Part shown: positions 5,504 through 15,931 of the stretch, one piece after another
How positions within the stretch are numbered: position 1 is the stretch's first letter
Layout of the letters: each line of letters starts with the position of its first letter
Source: Burkholderiales bacterium UBA2463
GTDB lineage: Bacteria > Pseudomonadota > Gammaproteobacteria > Burkholderiales > Burkholderiaceae_A
Assembly: GCA_002342295.1 (NCBI GenBank)
Contig: DDPR01000014.1
Location: 1 to 32,000 of the forward strand
Direction of reading: 5' to 3'
DNA: 32,000 nt
Program-made: the position numbers and the translations under genes
Notes under the pieces: model-generated
Seen by the model: the letters and a program-made list of their open reading frames with translations, nothing else
What the model was told of the DNA's origin: nothing
Databases searched by the model: none

Positions 5504-7150
5504 CTACTCCCACTCAATCGTCGCAGGGGGTTTTCCAGAAATGTCGTACACCACGCGATTAATACCGCGTATCTCGTTGATGATGCGATTTGAGACCTGG
5601 GCTAAGAGGGCATGGGGCAGTTGTGCCCAATGCGCCGTCATGAAGTCACTGGTGACCACCGCGCGCAGCGCCACAACCCATTCATAGGTGCGTCCGTCTC
5701 CCATGACACCGACCGATTTGACAGGCAGAAAGACAGCGAACGCCTGACTGGTGAGCTCATACCAGGAGCGGCCGACATCGTGGGCCTCGCAGAGTCCGGC
5801 ATGGGCGTCGGCCTCAGTTGCTCGGGTCTGACGCAGCGCCTGAGTGAACAAATCGTCCGCGCGCTGAAGGAGGGTGACATACTCCGGATGGATCTCGCCC
5901 AGAATACGAACGCCAAGACCGGGGCCGGGGAAGGGATGCCGGTGGACCATATCGGCTGGAAGCCCCAAAGCCAACCCAAGCGCCCGCACCTCGTCCTTGA
6001 ACAACTCGCGCAGAGGCTCCAGTAGCTTCAGGTGAAGGGTCTCGGGAAGCCCACCCACATTGTGATGGCTCTTGATACTTGCAGCCTTCTTGCTCTTCGC
6101 GCCGGCGGACTCGATGACATCGGGATAGATGGTTCCCTGCGCGAGCCAGCGGGCGCGGCTGAGTCTGGCAGCCTTCTCTTGGAAGATCTCAACAAAGAGT
6201 CGTCCAATCGTCTTGCGTTTGGCCTCGGGGTCGCTGAGCCCCCGAAGGGCCTCAAGAAAACGATCGGCTGCATGGACATGGATGACCCGAACCCCAAGAC
6301 CCCGGGCAAATGTCTCCATCACCTGCTCTGCCTCGTTCAACCGCAAGAGACCGTGATCCACAAAGACGCAGGTCAGGCGATCTCCGATGGCCTTGTGAAC
6401 GAGCGCCGCTGCAACGGAAGAATCGACTCCGCCGGAGAGGCCAAGAATGACCTCATCGGAACCGACCTGATGCTGAATAGACTCAATGGCCTCTTGCGCA
6501 TAGTCCGGCATATTCCAGTCGCGGCCCGCACCACAGATTCCGTGTACGAAACGCTCAATGATGTCCCGACCCTTCTTGGTGTGAGTGACCTCCGGATGGA
6601 ACTGAAGGCCATAAAAGTGTCGAGACTCATCTGCCATGCCCGCGATGGGGCAGCTCGGTGTGGAGGCCATGAGCCGGAAGCCGTCTGGAAGCTCGGTGAC
6701 CTTGTCACCATGGCTCATCCAAACATCCAGAAGGCCATGCCCCTCGGGCGTTCGGTGATCCTCAATATCCGTTAGAAGTTGAGTGTGGCCGTGCGCCCGC
6801 ACCTGCGCGTAACCGAACTCGCGGACCTTTCCGGTCTCCACAAGACCCCCCAGTTGCTCGGCCATGGTCTGCATTCCGTAACAGATGCCAAGCACGGGAA
6901 CCCGTCGCAGAAAAACGGCTGTTGGGGCTCGGTGGGTCTCTGCCTCGGTCACGGACATGGGGCCGCCCGAGAGGATGATTCCCTTGAGGCTATCGACCTC
7001 CCCGACTTGCCCGAAGCGATGAACAAAGTCATCCGACACATCACAGGGATGAATCTCGCAGTACACGCCGGCTTCACGCACACGGCGCGCAATCAGCTGG
7101 GTGAGCTGAGAGCCAAAGTCAAGAATGAGAATCTTGGCGTGGGAAGTCAG
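5504..7150 (-). CDS. guaA: GMP synthase (glutamine-hydrolysing)
   Basis: Conserved N-terminus [21 protein letters not shown], the [11 protein letters not shown]-pyrophosphatase motif and the C-terminus [15 protein letters not shown]. The start is uncertain: there is no ATG/GTG/TTG between the guaB stop and the conserved N-terminus. I list the CTG at 7150. The track start at 7315 overlaps guaB and I reject it. Confidence 0.93.
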   Translation of the reverse strand: MTSHAKILILDFGSQLTQLIARRVREAGVYCEIHPCDVSDDFVHRFGQVGEVDSLKGIILSGGPMSVTEAETHRAPTAVFLRRVPVLGICYGMQTMAEQLGGLVETGKVREFGYAQVRAHGHTQLLTDIEDHRTPEGHGLLDVWMSHGDKVTELPDGFRLMASTPSCPIAGMADESRHFYGLQFHPEVTHTKKGRDIIERFVHGICGAGRDWNMPDYAQEAIESIQHQVGSDEVILGLSGGVDSSVAAALVHKAIGDRLTCVFVDHGLLRLNEAEQVMETFARGLGVRVIHVHAADRFLEALRGLSDPEAKRKTIGRLFVEIFQEKAARLSRARWLAQGTIYPDVIESAGAKSKKAASIKSHHNVGGLPETLHLKLLEPLRELFKDEVRALGLALGLPADMVHRHPFPGPGLGVRILGEIHPEYVTLLQRADDLFTQALRQTRATEADAHAGLCEAHDVGRSWYELTSQAFAVFLPVKSVGVMGDGRTYEWVVALRAVVTSDFMTAHWAQLPHALLAQVSNRIINEIRGINRVVYDISGKPPATIEWE

Positions 7151-7151
7151 A

Positions 7152-8615
7152 CTAATCAGCCCGGTAGTTTGGTGCTTCCTTCGTGATCTGCACGTCGTGG
7201 ACGTGAGATTCGCGAATGCCCGCTGAGGTGATCTCGACGAATTCGGCCTTGGCATGCAGCTCATCGATGGAGCGACATCCGCAGTAGCCCATGCTCGATC
7301 GAAGCCCGCCCGCAAGCTGAAAGATGATCTGCTTCACGCTGCCCTTGTAGGGTACGCGCCCCTCAATACCCTCTGGAACGAATTTGTCCGCGCCCGGGCT
7401 CTGCTCCTCTTGGAAGTAACGATCGGCAGATCCAGCCTGCATGGCGCCAACAGAGCCCATTCCTCGGTAAGACTTATAGGAGCGACCCTGAAAGAGAACC
7501 ACCTCTCCCGGAGCCTCCTCGGTCCCAGCGAACATGCCGCCCATCATGACGGTGCTGGCCCCGGCGGCCAGCGCTTTGGCAATGTCACCTGAGAATCGGA
7601 TACCGCCATCAGCAATGAGTGGAACCCCGCTACCAGCGAGGGCGTCTGCCACATTTGCAATCGCCGAGATCTGGGGAACTCCAACGCCCGCCACGATGCG
7701 CGTGGTGCAGATCGACCCCGGACCAATGCCCACCTTCACTGCATCGGCGCCGCTATCGAGCAGAGCGCGCGCTGCGTCGGCGGTGGCAATGTTGCCCCCA
7801 ACAACCTGAACCTGCGGGTACTTGGACTTCACCCATGAGACTCGATCGAGCACGCCTCGAGAGTGACCGTGGGCTGTATCAACCACGATGACATCGACCC
7901 CTGCCTCCACCAAGAGCGCGACTCGCTCGTCTGTGCCCTCTCCGACCCCCACCGCAGCCCCGACAAGAAGCTTGCCCTGCTCATCGCGGGCGGCATGGGG
8001 ATGCTCAATGCCCTTGAGAATATCTTTGACAGTGATGAGGCCTCGGAGTTGAAAGTCCTCGGATACGACCAGCACGCGCTCCAGGCGATGCTTGTGCATG
8101 AGGGCCTTGGCCTCCTCAACGGAGGCGCCCTCTGGCACTGTTACGAGGCGCTCTTTGGGGGTCATGATGGCGCGAATCGGCTGGTCGAGCCGACTCTCAA
8201 AGCGAAGGTCTCGGTTGGTCACAATACCCACGACATGGCCGTTTTCCACCACGGGTAGGCCTGAAATTCGGCGCTCCGCGCAGAGGGTGAGAACCTCTCG
8301 CACCGACATGGTTGGGCTGATGGTGACCGGGTCCTTGACAACACCCGCTTCAAAGCGCTTTACGCGTGCAACCTCCGAGGCCTGAGCCATCGGGGGGAGA
8401 TTCTTGTGGATGATGCCGATCCCGCCCTCCTCCGCAAGGGCGATCGCCAGCCGCGCTTCGGTGACGGTGTCCATAGCCGCCGAGACCACCGGGAGGTTGA
8501 GGTAGAGAGACCGCGTGAACCGAGAGACAAGAGAGGTGTCTTTCGGGAGGATCTCCGAGCGCGCGGGAACGAGCAGCACATCGTCGAAGGTCAGGGCCTT
8601 TTGAAGCACGCGCAT
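7152..8615 (-). CDS. guaB: IMP dehydrogenase
   Basis: 487 aa, [18 protein letters not shown]..., tandem CBS region, the [11 protein letters not shown] active-site loop, and a C-terminus typical of IMPDH. ATG at 8615. Confidence 0.97.
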   Translation of the reverse strand: MRVLQKALTFDDVLLVPARSEILPKDTSLVSRFTRSLYLNLPVVSAAMDTVTEARLAIALAEEGGIGIIHKNLPPMAQASEVARVKRFEAGVVKDPVTISPTMSVREVLTLCAERRISGLPVVENGHVVGIVTNRDLRFESRLDQPIRAIMTPKERLVTVPEGASVEEAKALMHKHRLERVLVVSEDFQLRGLITVKDILKGIEHPHAARDEQGKLLVGAAVGVGEGTDERVALLVEAGVDVIVVDTAHGHSRGVLDRVSWVKSKYPQVQVVGGNIATADAARALLDSGADAVKVGIGPGSICTTRIVAGVGVPQISAIANVADALAGSGVPLIADGGIRFSGDIAKALAAGASTVMMGGMFAGTEEAPGEVVLFQGRSYKSYRGMGSVGAMQAGSADRYFQEEQSPGADKFVPEGIEGRVPYKGSVKQIIFQLAGGLRSSMGYCGCRSIDELHAKAEFVEITSAGIRESHVHDVQITKEAPNYRAD

Positions 8616-8651
8616 CAGGGGATCCGAAAGAGGGTCGTTTCCAAGACCAGA

Positions 8652-9017
8652 TTATATCGATCGGCCGCGAGTCCAGCGATCCGATAGGCCCTGCCGCGCT
8701 CGAGCCTGCCTCTGAGCCCTCACACGCTCTTGTCTGGCCTGTTTTGGGTCGGCCACAAGAGGTCGCAGAATCTCGATCCGATCGCCTGCGCTCAGAGGGT
8801 CATCCGGCGCTCGAAGAGAGCCAAAGACGGAAAAAGCAGCGGCCTTATCCCAGGCCGCACAAAGCTCCGGCAATAAATCTGCGCATCGACGCACATCTTG
8901 GAGGTGGGCCCCGGCTCGAAGAGTCAAACGCTGACGAAACGCGCCAGTCAGATTGGCCGAGACGACCTCGACCTCAATTGGGGGTTGAATGAAGGAGGGA
9001 CTAGAGTCGTTTCCCAT
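8652..9017 (-). CDS. rnfH: RnfH family (UPF0125) ubiquitin-like protein
   Basis: IEVEVVSA ... GDRIEILRPLVADPKQARQERV matches the RnfH signature. The only canonical start upstream of the first strand is the ATG at 9017, which overlaps ratA by 17 nt. The track ORF to 9206 is an over-extension. Confidence 0.8.
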   Translation of the reverse strand: MGNDSSPSFIQPPIEVEVVSANLTGAFRQRLTLRAGAHLQDVRRCADLLPELCAAWDKAAAFSVFGSLRAPDDPLSAGDRIEILRPLVADPKQARQERVRAQRQARARQGLSDRWTRGRSI

Positions 9018-9441
9018 AGATGGCCTCCGCCCGCTGAACGAATGCATCCACCATGCTGACGGTGATGTGCTCGAAGACCGGTCCGACAAGGCGCTCGAGG
9101 AGTCTGGAGCTGAAGTGGTAGTCCAGCTCAAACCCCACCTTGCAGGCGGCCTCGGTGAGGGGGCTAAAGCGCCAATGGCCCGCCAGAGCCTTAAAGGGAC
9201 CGTCATGAAGCGTCATCTCGATGCGTTCGCCGTGGTCGTGAAAGTTACGCGTGGTGAATGACTGTCGCAGCCCCTTAAAGGCGATCTGAACCTGGGCGAG
9301 CCGACTCCCGTCCTCAAGTGGCCGGACTGAGGCCCCCGCACACCATGGTAAAAAGGCGGGGTAGGACTCAACATCAGAGACGAGCTGAAACATCTCTTCC
9401 GAGGAGTAAGGCACGAGCACTGACTTCACGACTTCTGGCAT
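9001..9441 (-). CDS. ratA: SRPBCC-family protein RatA/YfjG (COQ10-like ubiquinone-binding protein)
   Basis: 146 aa, [34 protein letters not shown]..., and the conserved smpB / ratA-rnfH divergent arrangement. Confidence 0.88.
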   Translation of the reverse strand: MPEVVKSVLVPYSSEEMFQLVSDVESYPAFLPWCAGASVRPLEDGSRLAQVQIAFKGLRQSFTTRNFHDHGERIEMTLHDGPFKALAGHWRFSPLTEAACKVGFELDYHFSSRLLERLVGPVFEHITVSMVDAFVQRAEAIYGKRL

Positions 9442-9452
9442 CCGCGCATTCT

Positions 9453-9908
9453 ATGTCCATCATCGATAACAAAAAGGCCTTCCATGACTATTTCATCGAA
9501 GACCGATTCGAGGCGGGCTTGGTGCTCGAGGGCTGGGAGGCTAAGGCCATCCGAGCGGGTCGCGTCCAGCTAAAGGAGGCTTATGTCGTCATACGGCAGG
9601 GAGAGATTTTTCTTGTGGGCTGTCATATCTCTGCTCTACCGGCGGCCTCAACGCATGTCACTCCCGACCCAACTCGCACCCGAAAACTGCTCCTGAAGGA
9701 AGAGGAGATCTCAAAACTCATTGGCAAGGTGGAGCGCGCTGGGTACGCACTGGTACCGATCAATCTCCACTACAGCCGAGGGCGCATCAAGCTCGACATC
9801 GGGCTGGCCAAGGGCAAGAAACAACACGATAAGCGCGCCACCGAGAAGGAGAAAGAGTGGCAGCGCGAGAAGCAGCGGATCATTCGCAACATCACCAAGG
9901 CGGGCTGA
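9453..9908 (+). CDS. smpB: SsrA-binding protein
   Basis: [36 protein letters not shown]... is a typical SmpB N-terminus. ATG at 9453; the track start at 9318 overlaps ratA. Confidence 0.95.
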   Translation: MSIIDNKKAFHDYFIEDRFEAGLVLEGWEAKAIRAGRVQLKEAYVVIRQGEIFLVGCHISALPAASTHVTPDPTRTRKLLLKEEEISKLIGKVERAGYALVPINLHYSRGRIKLDIGLAKGKKQHDKRATEKEKEWQREKQRIIRNITKAG

Positions 9909-10004
9909 TCAACCCCTCGGTATGCAATGCCGGGTGGGGACTGCTCCGCGAGGGGCCCTTTTGGAGTAGATTTCCCTCAGTGACTCGACCTTAGGAGATT
10001 GCCC

Positions 10005-11138
10005 ATGACCCGAAGCATCATCGCCCTCTCGCTCTGCATGTTGTTTGCCGCACAAGCCTCTGCCCAGACGCAGACCATCAAGATTGGCCACGTCGCCCCC
10101 ATGACCGGCAATCAGGCCCACCTCGGAAAAGACAACGAGGCGGGTGCCAAGCTCGCCATTGCAGATCTCAACAAGGCAGGCATCAAGATTGGTGGTAAGC
10201 CAGTCAAGTTCGAACTGGTTGCCGAGGACGATGCAGCAGACCCCAAGCAAGGCACCGCTGCAGCCCAGAAGCTGATCGACGCGAAGGTGGTCGGCGTGGT
10301 GGGCCACCTGAATTCTGGAACCACCATTCCGGCCTCGGCCCTCTATAACAAGGCGGGCATTCCTCAGGTCTCACCGTCGGCCACCAACCCAAAGTACACC
10401 CAGCAGGGCTTTAACACCGCGTTCCGAGTCGTCGCCAACGACGCAAAGCTCGGTGGAACGCTCGGCCGATACGCAGTCTCTGAGCTCAAGGGCAAAACGG
10501 TCGCCATTATTGATGACCGCTCAGCCTATGGACAGGGCGTCGCAGATGAATTTGAGAAGAGTGCGAAAGCAGCGGGGGCCCAGATCGCTGCGCGTGAATA
10601 CACAACCGACAAGTCGACTGACTTCATGGCCATCCTCACAAATGTGAAGGGGAAGAAGCCCGATGTCGTTTTCTTTGGCGGCATGGATGCGGTGGCCGGT
10701 CCGATGCTACGTCAGATGAAGCAGCTCGGAATCACTGCAAAATTCATGGGCGGCGATGGAATCTGCACAAGCGAGCTTCCGAAGCTCGCGGGTGATGCTC
10801 TCGGCGAGTCCATGGTTTACTGCGCGGAGGCCGGCGGCGTCATTGGCAAGTACGCAGAAAAAGACAAAGCATTTCGCGCGCGCTTTCAGAAAGAGTCGGG
10901 CGAGCCAGTGAAGCTCTATGCACCCTACGTCTACGACGCCACCATGGTGCTGGCGGAGGCCATGAAGAAGGCTCAGTCCACAGACCCGAAGATCTATCTG
11001 CCCGAATTGGCCAAGATCAAGTACGACGGTGTGACCGGGCCAATCTCTTTTGACAAGAATGGAGACGTCAATGGCGGCACACTCACCCTCTACACATTCA
11101 AGGCGGGCAAGCGTGAACTGGTGAAGGTTATCCAGTAA
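10005..11138 (+). CDS. Periplasmic branched-chain amino acid ABC transporter substrate-binding protein (LivK/LivJ family), no adjacent permease genes
   Basis: AGGAG (9993-9997) lies 7 nt before the ATG at 10005. Signal peptide MTRSIIALSLCMLFAAQASA, then IKIGHVAPMTGNQAHLGKDNEAGAKLAIADLN, typical of the family. Confidence 0.88.
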   Translation: MTRSIIALSLCMLFAAQASAQTQTIKIGHVAPMTGNQAHLGKDNEAGAKLAIADLNKAGIKIGGKPVKFELVAEDDAADPKQGTAAAQKLIDAKVVGVVGHLNSGTTIPASALYNKAGIPQVSPSATNPKYTQQGFNTAFRVVANDAKLGGTLGRYAVSELKGKTVAIIDDRSAYGQGVADEFEKSAKAAGAQIAAREYTTDKSTDFMAILTNVKGKKPDVVFFGGMDAVAGPMLRQMKQLGITAKFMGGDGICTSELPKLAGDALGESMVYCAEAGGVIGKYAEKDKAFRARFQKESGEPVKLYAPYVYDATMVLAEAMKKAQSTDPKIYLPELAKIKYDGVTGPISFDKNGDVNGGTLTLYTFKAGKRELVKVIQ

Positions 11139-11147
11139 ATTAAACCG

Positions 11148-13577
11148 TTAAGTCGCGAGGCTCTTCCACGTATCGATGACGGTATCGGGATTCAGGGATA
11201 TGGACTGAATCCCGATATCCATTAACCAGTGGGCAAGGTCTTGGTGATCGGACGGTCCCTGGCCACAGATTCCCACATACTTCCCCCGACGGTTACACGC
11301 AGAGATCGCCATCTCTAGCAGTCGCCTCACCGCATCATCTCGTTCGTCAAAAAGCTCCGCAACAAGACCTGAGTCTCTGTCCAGTCCGAGGGTGAGTTGC
11401 GTCAGGTCATTTGACCCGATTGAGAAGCCATCGAAGTGGTCGAGAAAGGCATCGGCCAGGAGGGCGTTGGAGGGGAGTTCGCACATCATGATGAGACGAA
11501 GTCCACCCTGCCCAGACGCGTCAGCGCCGCTTCCTCGGCCAAGCCCATGCTCTGCGAGGAGTTCATTCACGCGCTTGGCCTCACTCACCGTGCGTACAAA
11601 GGGAATCATGAGTTCTATATTGGTGAGGCCCATCTCGTTGCGCACCCGCCGCAGCGCCTCTACCTCCATCTCGAAACACTCACGAAAGTCAGGCGCGATG
11701 TAACGGGACGCACCCCGAAAACCAAGCATGGGGTTTTCTTCCTCCGGCTCGTAGCGCGAGCCGCCAATCAGCTTTCGGTACTCGTTGGACTTGAAGTCGG
11801 ACATACGAACAATGACAGGCTTGGGCCAAAAGGCTGCCGCGATGGTGGCAACGCCCTCGGCGAGCTTGTCCACAAAGAACGCTCGGGGCGATTCATGACC
11901 CCGCGAGAGTCGCTCAACAGCAGTCTTCAGATCCGCGTCAACGCGCGGGTACTCCAAGATCGCCTTGGGGTGAACGCCGATGTTGTTATTGATGATGAAC
12001 TCCAACCGGGCCAGCCCGACTCCCGCATTTGGAATGCTCTGAAAGTCAAAGGCAAGTTGCGGATTGCCGACGTTCATCATGATCTTGACGGGGATCTTCG
12101 GAAGCTCACCGGTCTCAACGGTGCTGACCTCGGTCTCGAGCAGCCCGTCATAGACGTGCCCCGTATCCCCCTCGGCACAGCTCACAGTAACAAGGCTGCC
12201 GTCGCGAACGTGATCTGTCGCATCTCCGCAGCCCACCACGGCGGGTATGCCCAGTTCACGGGCAATAATGGCGGCGTGACAGGTCCGCCCTCCACGGTTC
12301 GTCACGATTGCGGAGGCCCGCTTCATTACGGGCTCCCAATTCGGGTCGGTCATGTCGGTGACGAGGACATCCCCAGGTTGGACGCGCTCCATCTCCGACG
12401 CGCTCTCAATGACCCGAACGGGGCCCGATCCAATTCGCTGACCAATCGCCCGCCCCGAGGCCAGGATGGTCCCCGTCTGCTTCAGCTTGAAGCGCTGCTG
12501 ACGCTCCCCGCCCTCCTGAGACTTCACGGTTTCTGGACGAGCCTGAAGAATAAAGAGCTTTCCATCACGACCATCAAGGCCCCACTCAATGTCCATGGGA
12601 CGTTGATAGTGCTTCTCGATGATGACCGCGTATCTGGCGAGTTCCACGACCTGCGTCTGGTCAAGAGAGTAGCGGCCCCGATCCGCCTCAGCCACGTCTG
12701 ATGTGGTCACAGCGCGCCCGGTCGCCAAGCGATCAGCCTCGGTCGCGAAGGTCATCTTGATGAGCTTGCTGCCCAGTTGTCTTCGGATCACCGGAAACCG
12801 GCCGGCTGCAAGCATGGGCTTGTGAACGTAAAACTCATCGGGATTGACGGCGCCCTGGACCACGGTCTCTCCAAGCCCATAAGAGCTCGTAACAAAGACC
12901 ACCTGATCAAATCCAGACTCGGTATCCATGGTGAACATAACGCCCGCCGCGCCTAAGTCAGAGCGCACCATGCGCTGAACTCCCGCGGAGAGCGCCACAT
13001 CGCCGTGCGCAAAGCCCTTGTGCACGCGATAGCTGATCGCACGGTCGTTATAGAGAGAGGCAAAGACATGACGAATCTTGTCCAGCACGTCTTCAACGCC
13101 CACGACATTTAAAAAGGTCTCCTGCTGCCCCGCAAAGGAAGCGTCGGGTAGATCCTCGGCGGTCGCTGATGACCGGACCGCAAGAGAGAGGCCCTCGTCC
13201 GCCTGAACCAAGGCCTTAAAGTGTTGCCGAATGTCTTGCTCCAGCTCGGCGGGCAGTGGCGTCTCTACAATCCACTGCCGAATCTCTGCGCCGCATTGAG
13301 CCAAGGCCTTCACATCGTCTGTATTGAGGCCCTCGAGCCGATGAGCAATACGACCCCCAAGGCCGTTGTGAGCAAGGAAGACTCGAAAGGCATGGGCAGT
13401 CGTGGCAAAGCCACTGGGCACTCGAACGCCCGCGGCACCAAGCTGACTGATCATCTCGCCAAGGGATGCGTTCTTCCCCCCCACCTCCTCCACGTCCGTC
13501 ATTCGGAGCTCTTCAAACGGAACCACCAAACGTTGCGCGAGGCGCGAAGAGGCTGCGCCCAATGCGGCTTGGCTCAT
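11148..13577 (-). CDS. ppsA: Phosphoenolpyruvate synthase
   Basis: 809 aa from the ATG at 13577 (GGGGAG SD upstream). [14 protein letters not shown]-grasp N-terminus, the [21 protein letters not shown] phospho-His domain and a PEP-utilising C-terminal domain. Confidence 0.96.
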   Translation of the reverse strand: MSQAALGAASSRLAQRLVVPFEELRMTDVEEVGGKNASLGEMISQLGAAGVRVPSGFATTAHAFRVFLAHNGLGGRIAHRLEGLNTDDVKALAQCGAEIRQWIVETPLPAELEQDIRQHFKALVQADEGLSLAVRSSATAEDLPDASFAGQQETFLNVVGVEDVLDKIRHVFASLYNDRAISYRVHKGFAHGDVALSAGVQRMVRSDLGAAGVMFTMDTESGFDQVVFVTSSYGLGETVVQGAVNPDEFYVHKPMLAAGRFPVIRRQLGSKLIKMTFATEADRLATGRAVTTSDVAEADRGRYSLDQTQVVELARYAVIIEKHYQRPMDIEWGLDGRDGKLFILQARPETVKSQEGGERQQRFKLKQTGTILASGRAIGQRIGSGPVRVIESASEMERVQPGDVLVTDMTDPNWEPVMKRASAIVTNRGGRTCHAAIIARELGIPAVVGCGDATDHVRDGSLVTVSCAEGDTGHVYDGLLETEVSTVETGELPKIPVKIMMNVGNPQLAFDFQSIPNAGVGLARLEFIINNNIGVHPKAILEYPRVDADLKTAVERLSRGHESPRAFFVDKLAEGVATIAAAFWPKPVIVRMSDFKSNEYRKLIGGSRYEPEEENPMLGFRGASRYIAPDFRECFEMEVEALRRVRNEMGLTNIELMIPFVRTVSEAKRVNELLAEHGLGRGSGADASGQGGLRLIMMCELPSNALLADAFLDHFDGFSIGSNDLTQLTLGLDRDSGLVAELFDERDDAVRRLLEMAISACNRRGKYVGICGQGPSDHQDLAHWLMDIGIQSISLNPDTVIDTWKSLAT

Positions 13578-13671
13578 GGAAACTCCCCTAAGATGATGAA
13601 CTTGTAATGAACTCGGAATTCTACTGGGTTTACCCGAGGTCATTTTCTGATATCCGAGGAGACTCTGGCTC

Positions 13672-14502
13672 TTGAGTAACGACGTCCAGGCCGCAGGCCG
13701 CACTGCTTTTTTTGTCTCCGATGGCACGGGCATCACGGCCGAAACCCTTGCCTCATCGATCCTTGCCCAGTTCGACCGCTTGCGATTCAAGCCGCGTCGC
13801 CTACCCTTTGTGGATAGTCTGGAGAAGGCCGATCAGGCAGTCGTCGCCATTAATGAGCAAGCCTTAGAGGACGGTCGTCGGCCCGTTGTCTTTTCAACCC
13901 TGGTCAACCCCGAGATCCTCGCCCGTGTTCGCGATTCCAACGCTCTACACCTCGACCTTTTCAAGGCCTTTGTTGAGCCTCTTGAGCAAGAGCTCGGGGT
14001 GAAATCGAGTCACACCATTGGACGGTTTCATCACGCGACTGATACCGACGCATACAAAAACCGAATCGAGGCCATTAATTTTTCCCTGGCCCATGACGAT
14101 GGGCAGTCCTCAAGAAACCTCGATCAGGCGGATGTCATTCTGATCGGCGTCTCCCGCAGTGGAAAAACACCCACGAGTCTCTATCTCTCCATGCAGTTTG
14201 GCCTGAAAGTCGCGAACTATCCCCTCATCCCGGAAGACTTCGATCGCGATGACCTTCCCAAGCCGCTGCATGGCTATAAGAAGAAGTGTTTTGGTCTCAC
14301 CATCGATCCCATCCGTCTTTCCGACATTCGCAACGAACGCAGACCGGGTTCGAAGTACGCCTCCCTCGAAAACTGCCGTATGGAGGTGGCTGCGGCTGAG
14401 CGACTCATGAAGCGAGAGGGCATCACCTGGCTGTCAACCACGACAAAGAGTATTGAGGAGCTCGCCAGCACAGTGCTCGCCACACTCTCTCAGGGCCGCT
14501 GA
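13672..14502 (+). CDS. ppsR: PEP synthase regulatory protein (bifunctional kinase/pyrophosphorylase, DUF299)
   Basis: [16 protein letters not shown]-terminus and the [15 protein letters not shown]-loop. Divergent from ppsA. TTG start at 13672 with GAGGAG upstream. Confidence 0.9.
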   Translation: MSNDVQAAGRTAFFVSDGTGITAETLASSILAQFDRLRFKPRRLPFVDSLEKADQAVVAINEQALEDGRRPVVFSTLVNPEILARVRDSNALHLDLFKAFVEPLEQELGVKSSHTIGRFHHATDTDAYKNRIEAINFSLAHDDGQSSRNLDQADVILIGVSRSGKTPTSLYLSMQFGLKVANYPLIPEDFDRDDLPKPLHGYKKKCFGLTIDPIRLSDIRNERRPGSKYASLENCRMEVAAAERLMKREGITWLSTTTKSIEELASTVLATLSQGR

Positions 14503-15344
14503 GCCATCAAGCATCGACGCCTTCTCTCAAAAAGACAGACGGCTGCCGCGGCAGCGACATTAAGAGACTCGACCGCCGTCGACTGGGGAATGTGAAGTCG
14601 AAGAGCACTCGGGATGGCTCGAAGGTCCTCAGACAGACCCGCCCCTTCCTGTCCGAAGGCCCATGCGAGGGTCTGTGGCTGGGCCAGCGGACCCTGAGAT
14701 TCATACAGTGACAAGGCCTCGGACTCGTGAGCCGCGACGGTGAGAACCAGCGGGATGCCAAGCCTGTGCAGCCAGTCTGAGAGTTCACCTGGCGAGAGAT
14801 CCTCTATAACCGACAGCGAGAGCTGGGCGCCCATGCCCGATCGGAGCGCCTTTGGCGAGAACGCCTCTGTGCTCCCACGCATGAGTAAGACGTGGCGGAT
14901 ACCCGCGGCAGCAGCCGTCCGCAAGAGGCTTCCCAGATTCCCGGGGTCCTGAAGCCGATCAATCACAACAAAGTCTGTCCAGTCCGAACAGGAGCTTGGG
15001 AGCGAATCAGGCGGACGCTCAAGAACAAGCCCAACGCCCTGGTGGGACTCCACTTGGCTGAGGTGTTCGAAGAGTTTGTCTGCGAGAGACAAGATGGGAA
15101 GCTGCTGATCCAACGCCCTCTCAATGAGGGCGCCAAGCCGAGAGCCTGGCTCCTGGGCGGCCTGGATGGTCGACTCAGCCAAGACAAGCTGATCGTGGGC
15201 GTGATGCGCACGGGCAAGCCCAGCCTCGGTGAGCCGCAACCCCTCGAGCCAGACCCGTTGAGTCTCCCGCCGCTCACGCGCCTCCGTGGCGAGCCGAGCG
15301 AGCTGTTTGAACTGGGGGTTCGCCGCTGAGTCGATATGTTTCAT
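14490..15344 (-). CDS. SpoU/TrmH-family RNA 2'-O-methyltransferase
   Basis: Motifs DPGNLGSLLRTAAAAG, FGQEGAGLS and ESLNVAAAAAVCLFE. The start ATG overlaps the rnhB stop (ATGA at 15341-15344). The 3' end overlaps convergent ppsR by 13 nt. Confidence 0.88.
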   Translation of the reverse strand: MKHIDSAANPQFKQLARLATEARERRETQRVWLEGLRLTEAGLARAHHAHDQLVLAESTIQAAQEPGSRLGALIERALDQQLPILSLADKLFEHLSQVESHQGVGLVLERPPDSLPSSCSDWTDFVVIDRLQDPGNLGSLLRTAAAAGIRHVLLMRGSTEAFSPKALRSGMGAQLSLSVIEDLSPGELSDWLHRLGIPLVLTVAAHESEALSLYESQGPLAQPQTLAWAFGQEGAGLSEDLRAIPSALRLHIPQSTAVESLNVAAAAAVCLFERRRRCLMAQRP

Positions 15345-15931
15345 CGCAGTCGGCGTGAAACGGGGGCGAAGCTTTTTCGGTGGGCCGCGCAGACACCAAG
15401 CCGATCGAGGGCGGCAAGATGCTGGGCAGTGCCATACCCTGCATGCTGGCCAAAGCCGTAACCTGGATACTCAAGATCCAGCGCTGCCATGACCGCATCC
15501 CGATGAACCTTGGCCAAAATGGAGGCTGCGCTGATTGCCGAGATCGTCGCATCACCCCTCACCACCGTCTGAGTGGGCCAGACCCAGCTGCCGCTCGCCA
15601 GATAGCGCGCCGGATTGACAGAGCCGTCCACCATCACGGACATGTCGTCCCAGACGAGAGGCGTGGCCCTGCAGGCGGTCACCGCGCGAAACATCGCAAG
15701 ACAGGTGGCTTGAAGAATATTGAGCGAATCAATCTCCTCCACGCTTGCCCATCCCAGTCCGAAAGCAAGCGCCTGCGACTCGACCCTTCGAGCGAGTTCG
15801 AGTCGACGAGCTTTTGACGTCACTTTTGAGTCGGCAAGCCCCCAAGTGCGAGCCTCCGGCGGGAGGACCACAGCCGCGGCACAGACGGGCCCGGCCAGTG
15901 GTCCGCGTCCGGCCTCATCCACCCCAATCAT
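15341..15931 (-). CDS. rnhB: Ribonuclease HII
   Basis: MIGVDEAGRGPLAGPVCAAAVVL N-terminus. The ATG at 15931 forms an ATGA overlap with the lpxB stop; the track start at 15979 is less likely. Confidence 0.92.
   Translation of the reverse strand: MIGVDEAGRGPLAGPVCAAAVVLPPEARTWGLADSKVTSKARRLELARRVESQALAFGLGWASVEEIDSLNILQATCLAMFRAVTACRATPLVWDDMSVMVDGSVNPARYLASGSWVWPTQTVVRGDATISAISAASILAKVHRDAVMAALDLEYPGYGFGQHAGYGTAQHLAALDRLGVCAAHRKSFAPVSRRLR

Noticed and set aside
5450-5620. Assembly chimera as the explanation for the GC jump
   Set aside because: The guaA reading frame continues uninterrupted to its conserved C-terminus PPATIEWE and stop right at the boundary, with an integrase gene adjacent. 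This is the expected architecture of a true site-specific insertion. Read-level confirmation is still advisable.
6032-7186. Plus-strand ORFs 6032-6775 and 6779-7186, and nested minus-strand ORFs inside guaA
   Set aside because: They are antisense or out-of-frame with respect to guaA, with no motifs.
7151-7315. Upstream extension of the guaA track ORF, together with the analogous extensions of rnfH (to 9206), smpB (from 9318), ppsA (to 13790), fabZ (to 18539), bamA (to 22518), tsf (to 28839) and rpsB (to 29904)
   Set aside because: The extensions overlap neighbouring conserved genes, encode low-complexity Arg/Ser/Pro-rich sequence and precede well-conserved native N-termini that have their own start codons and SD sites.
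9001-9441. RatA as a toxin-antitoxin module
   Set aside because: No antitoxin partner is present. It sits in the conserved housekeeping smpB/ratA/rnfH arrangement and belongs to the COQ10-like SRPBCC family, so it is not an accessory TA system.
9909-9998. Possible terminator after smpB
   Set aside because: Only short imperfect GC stems (CCCCTCGG...CCGGGTGGGG) and a weak TTTT. This is not convincing.
11436-12701. 421-aa plus-strand ORF
   Set aside because: It is antisense to ppsA, whose minus-strand product shows clear PEP synthase motifs. Long stop-free antisense frames are expected in about 60% GC DNA, and the product is Arg/Gly/Pro-rich with no recognisable motif.
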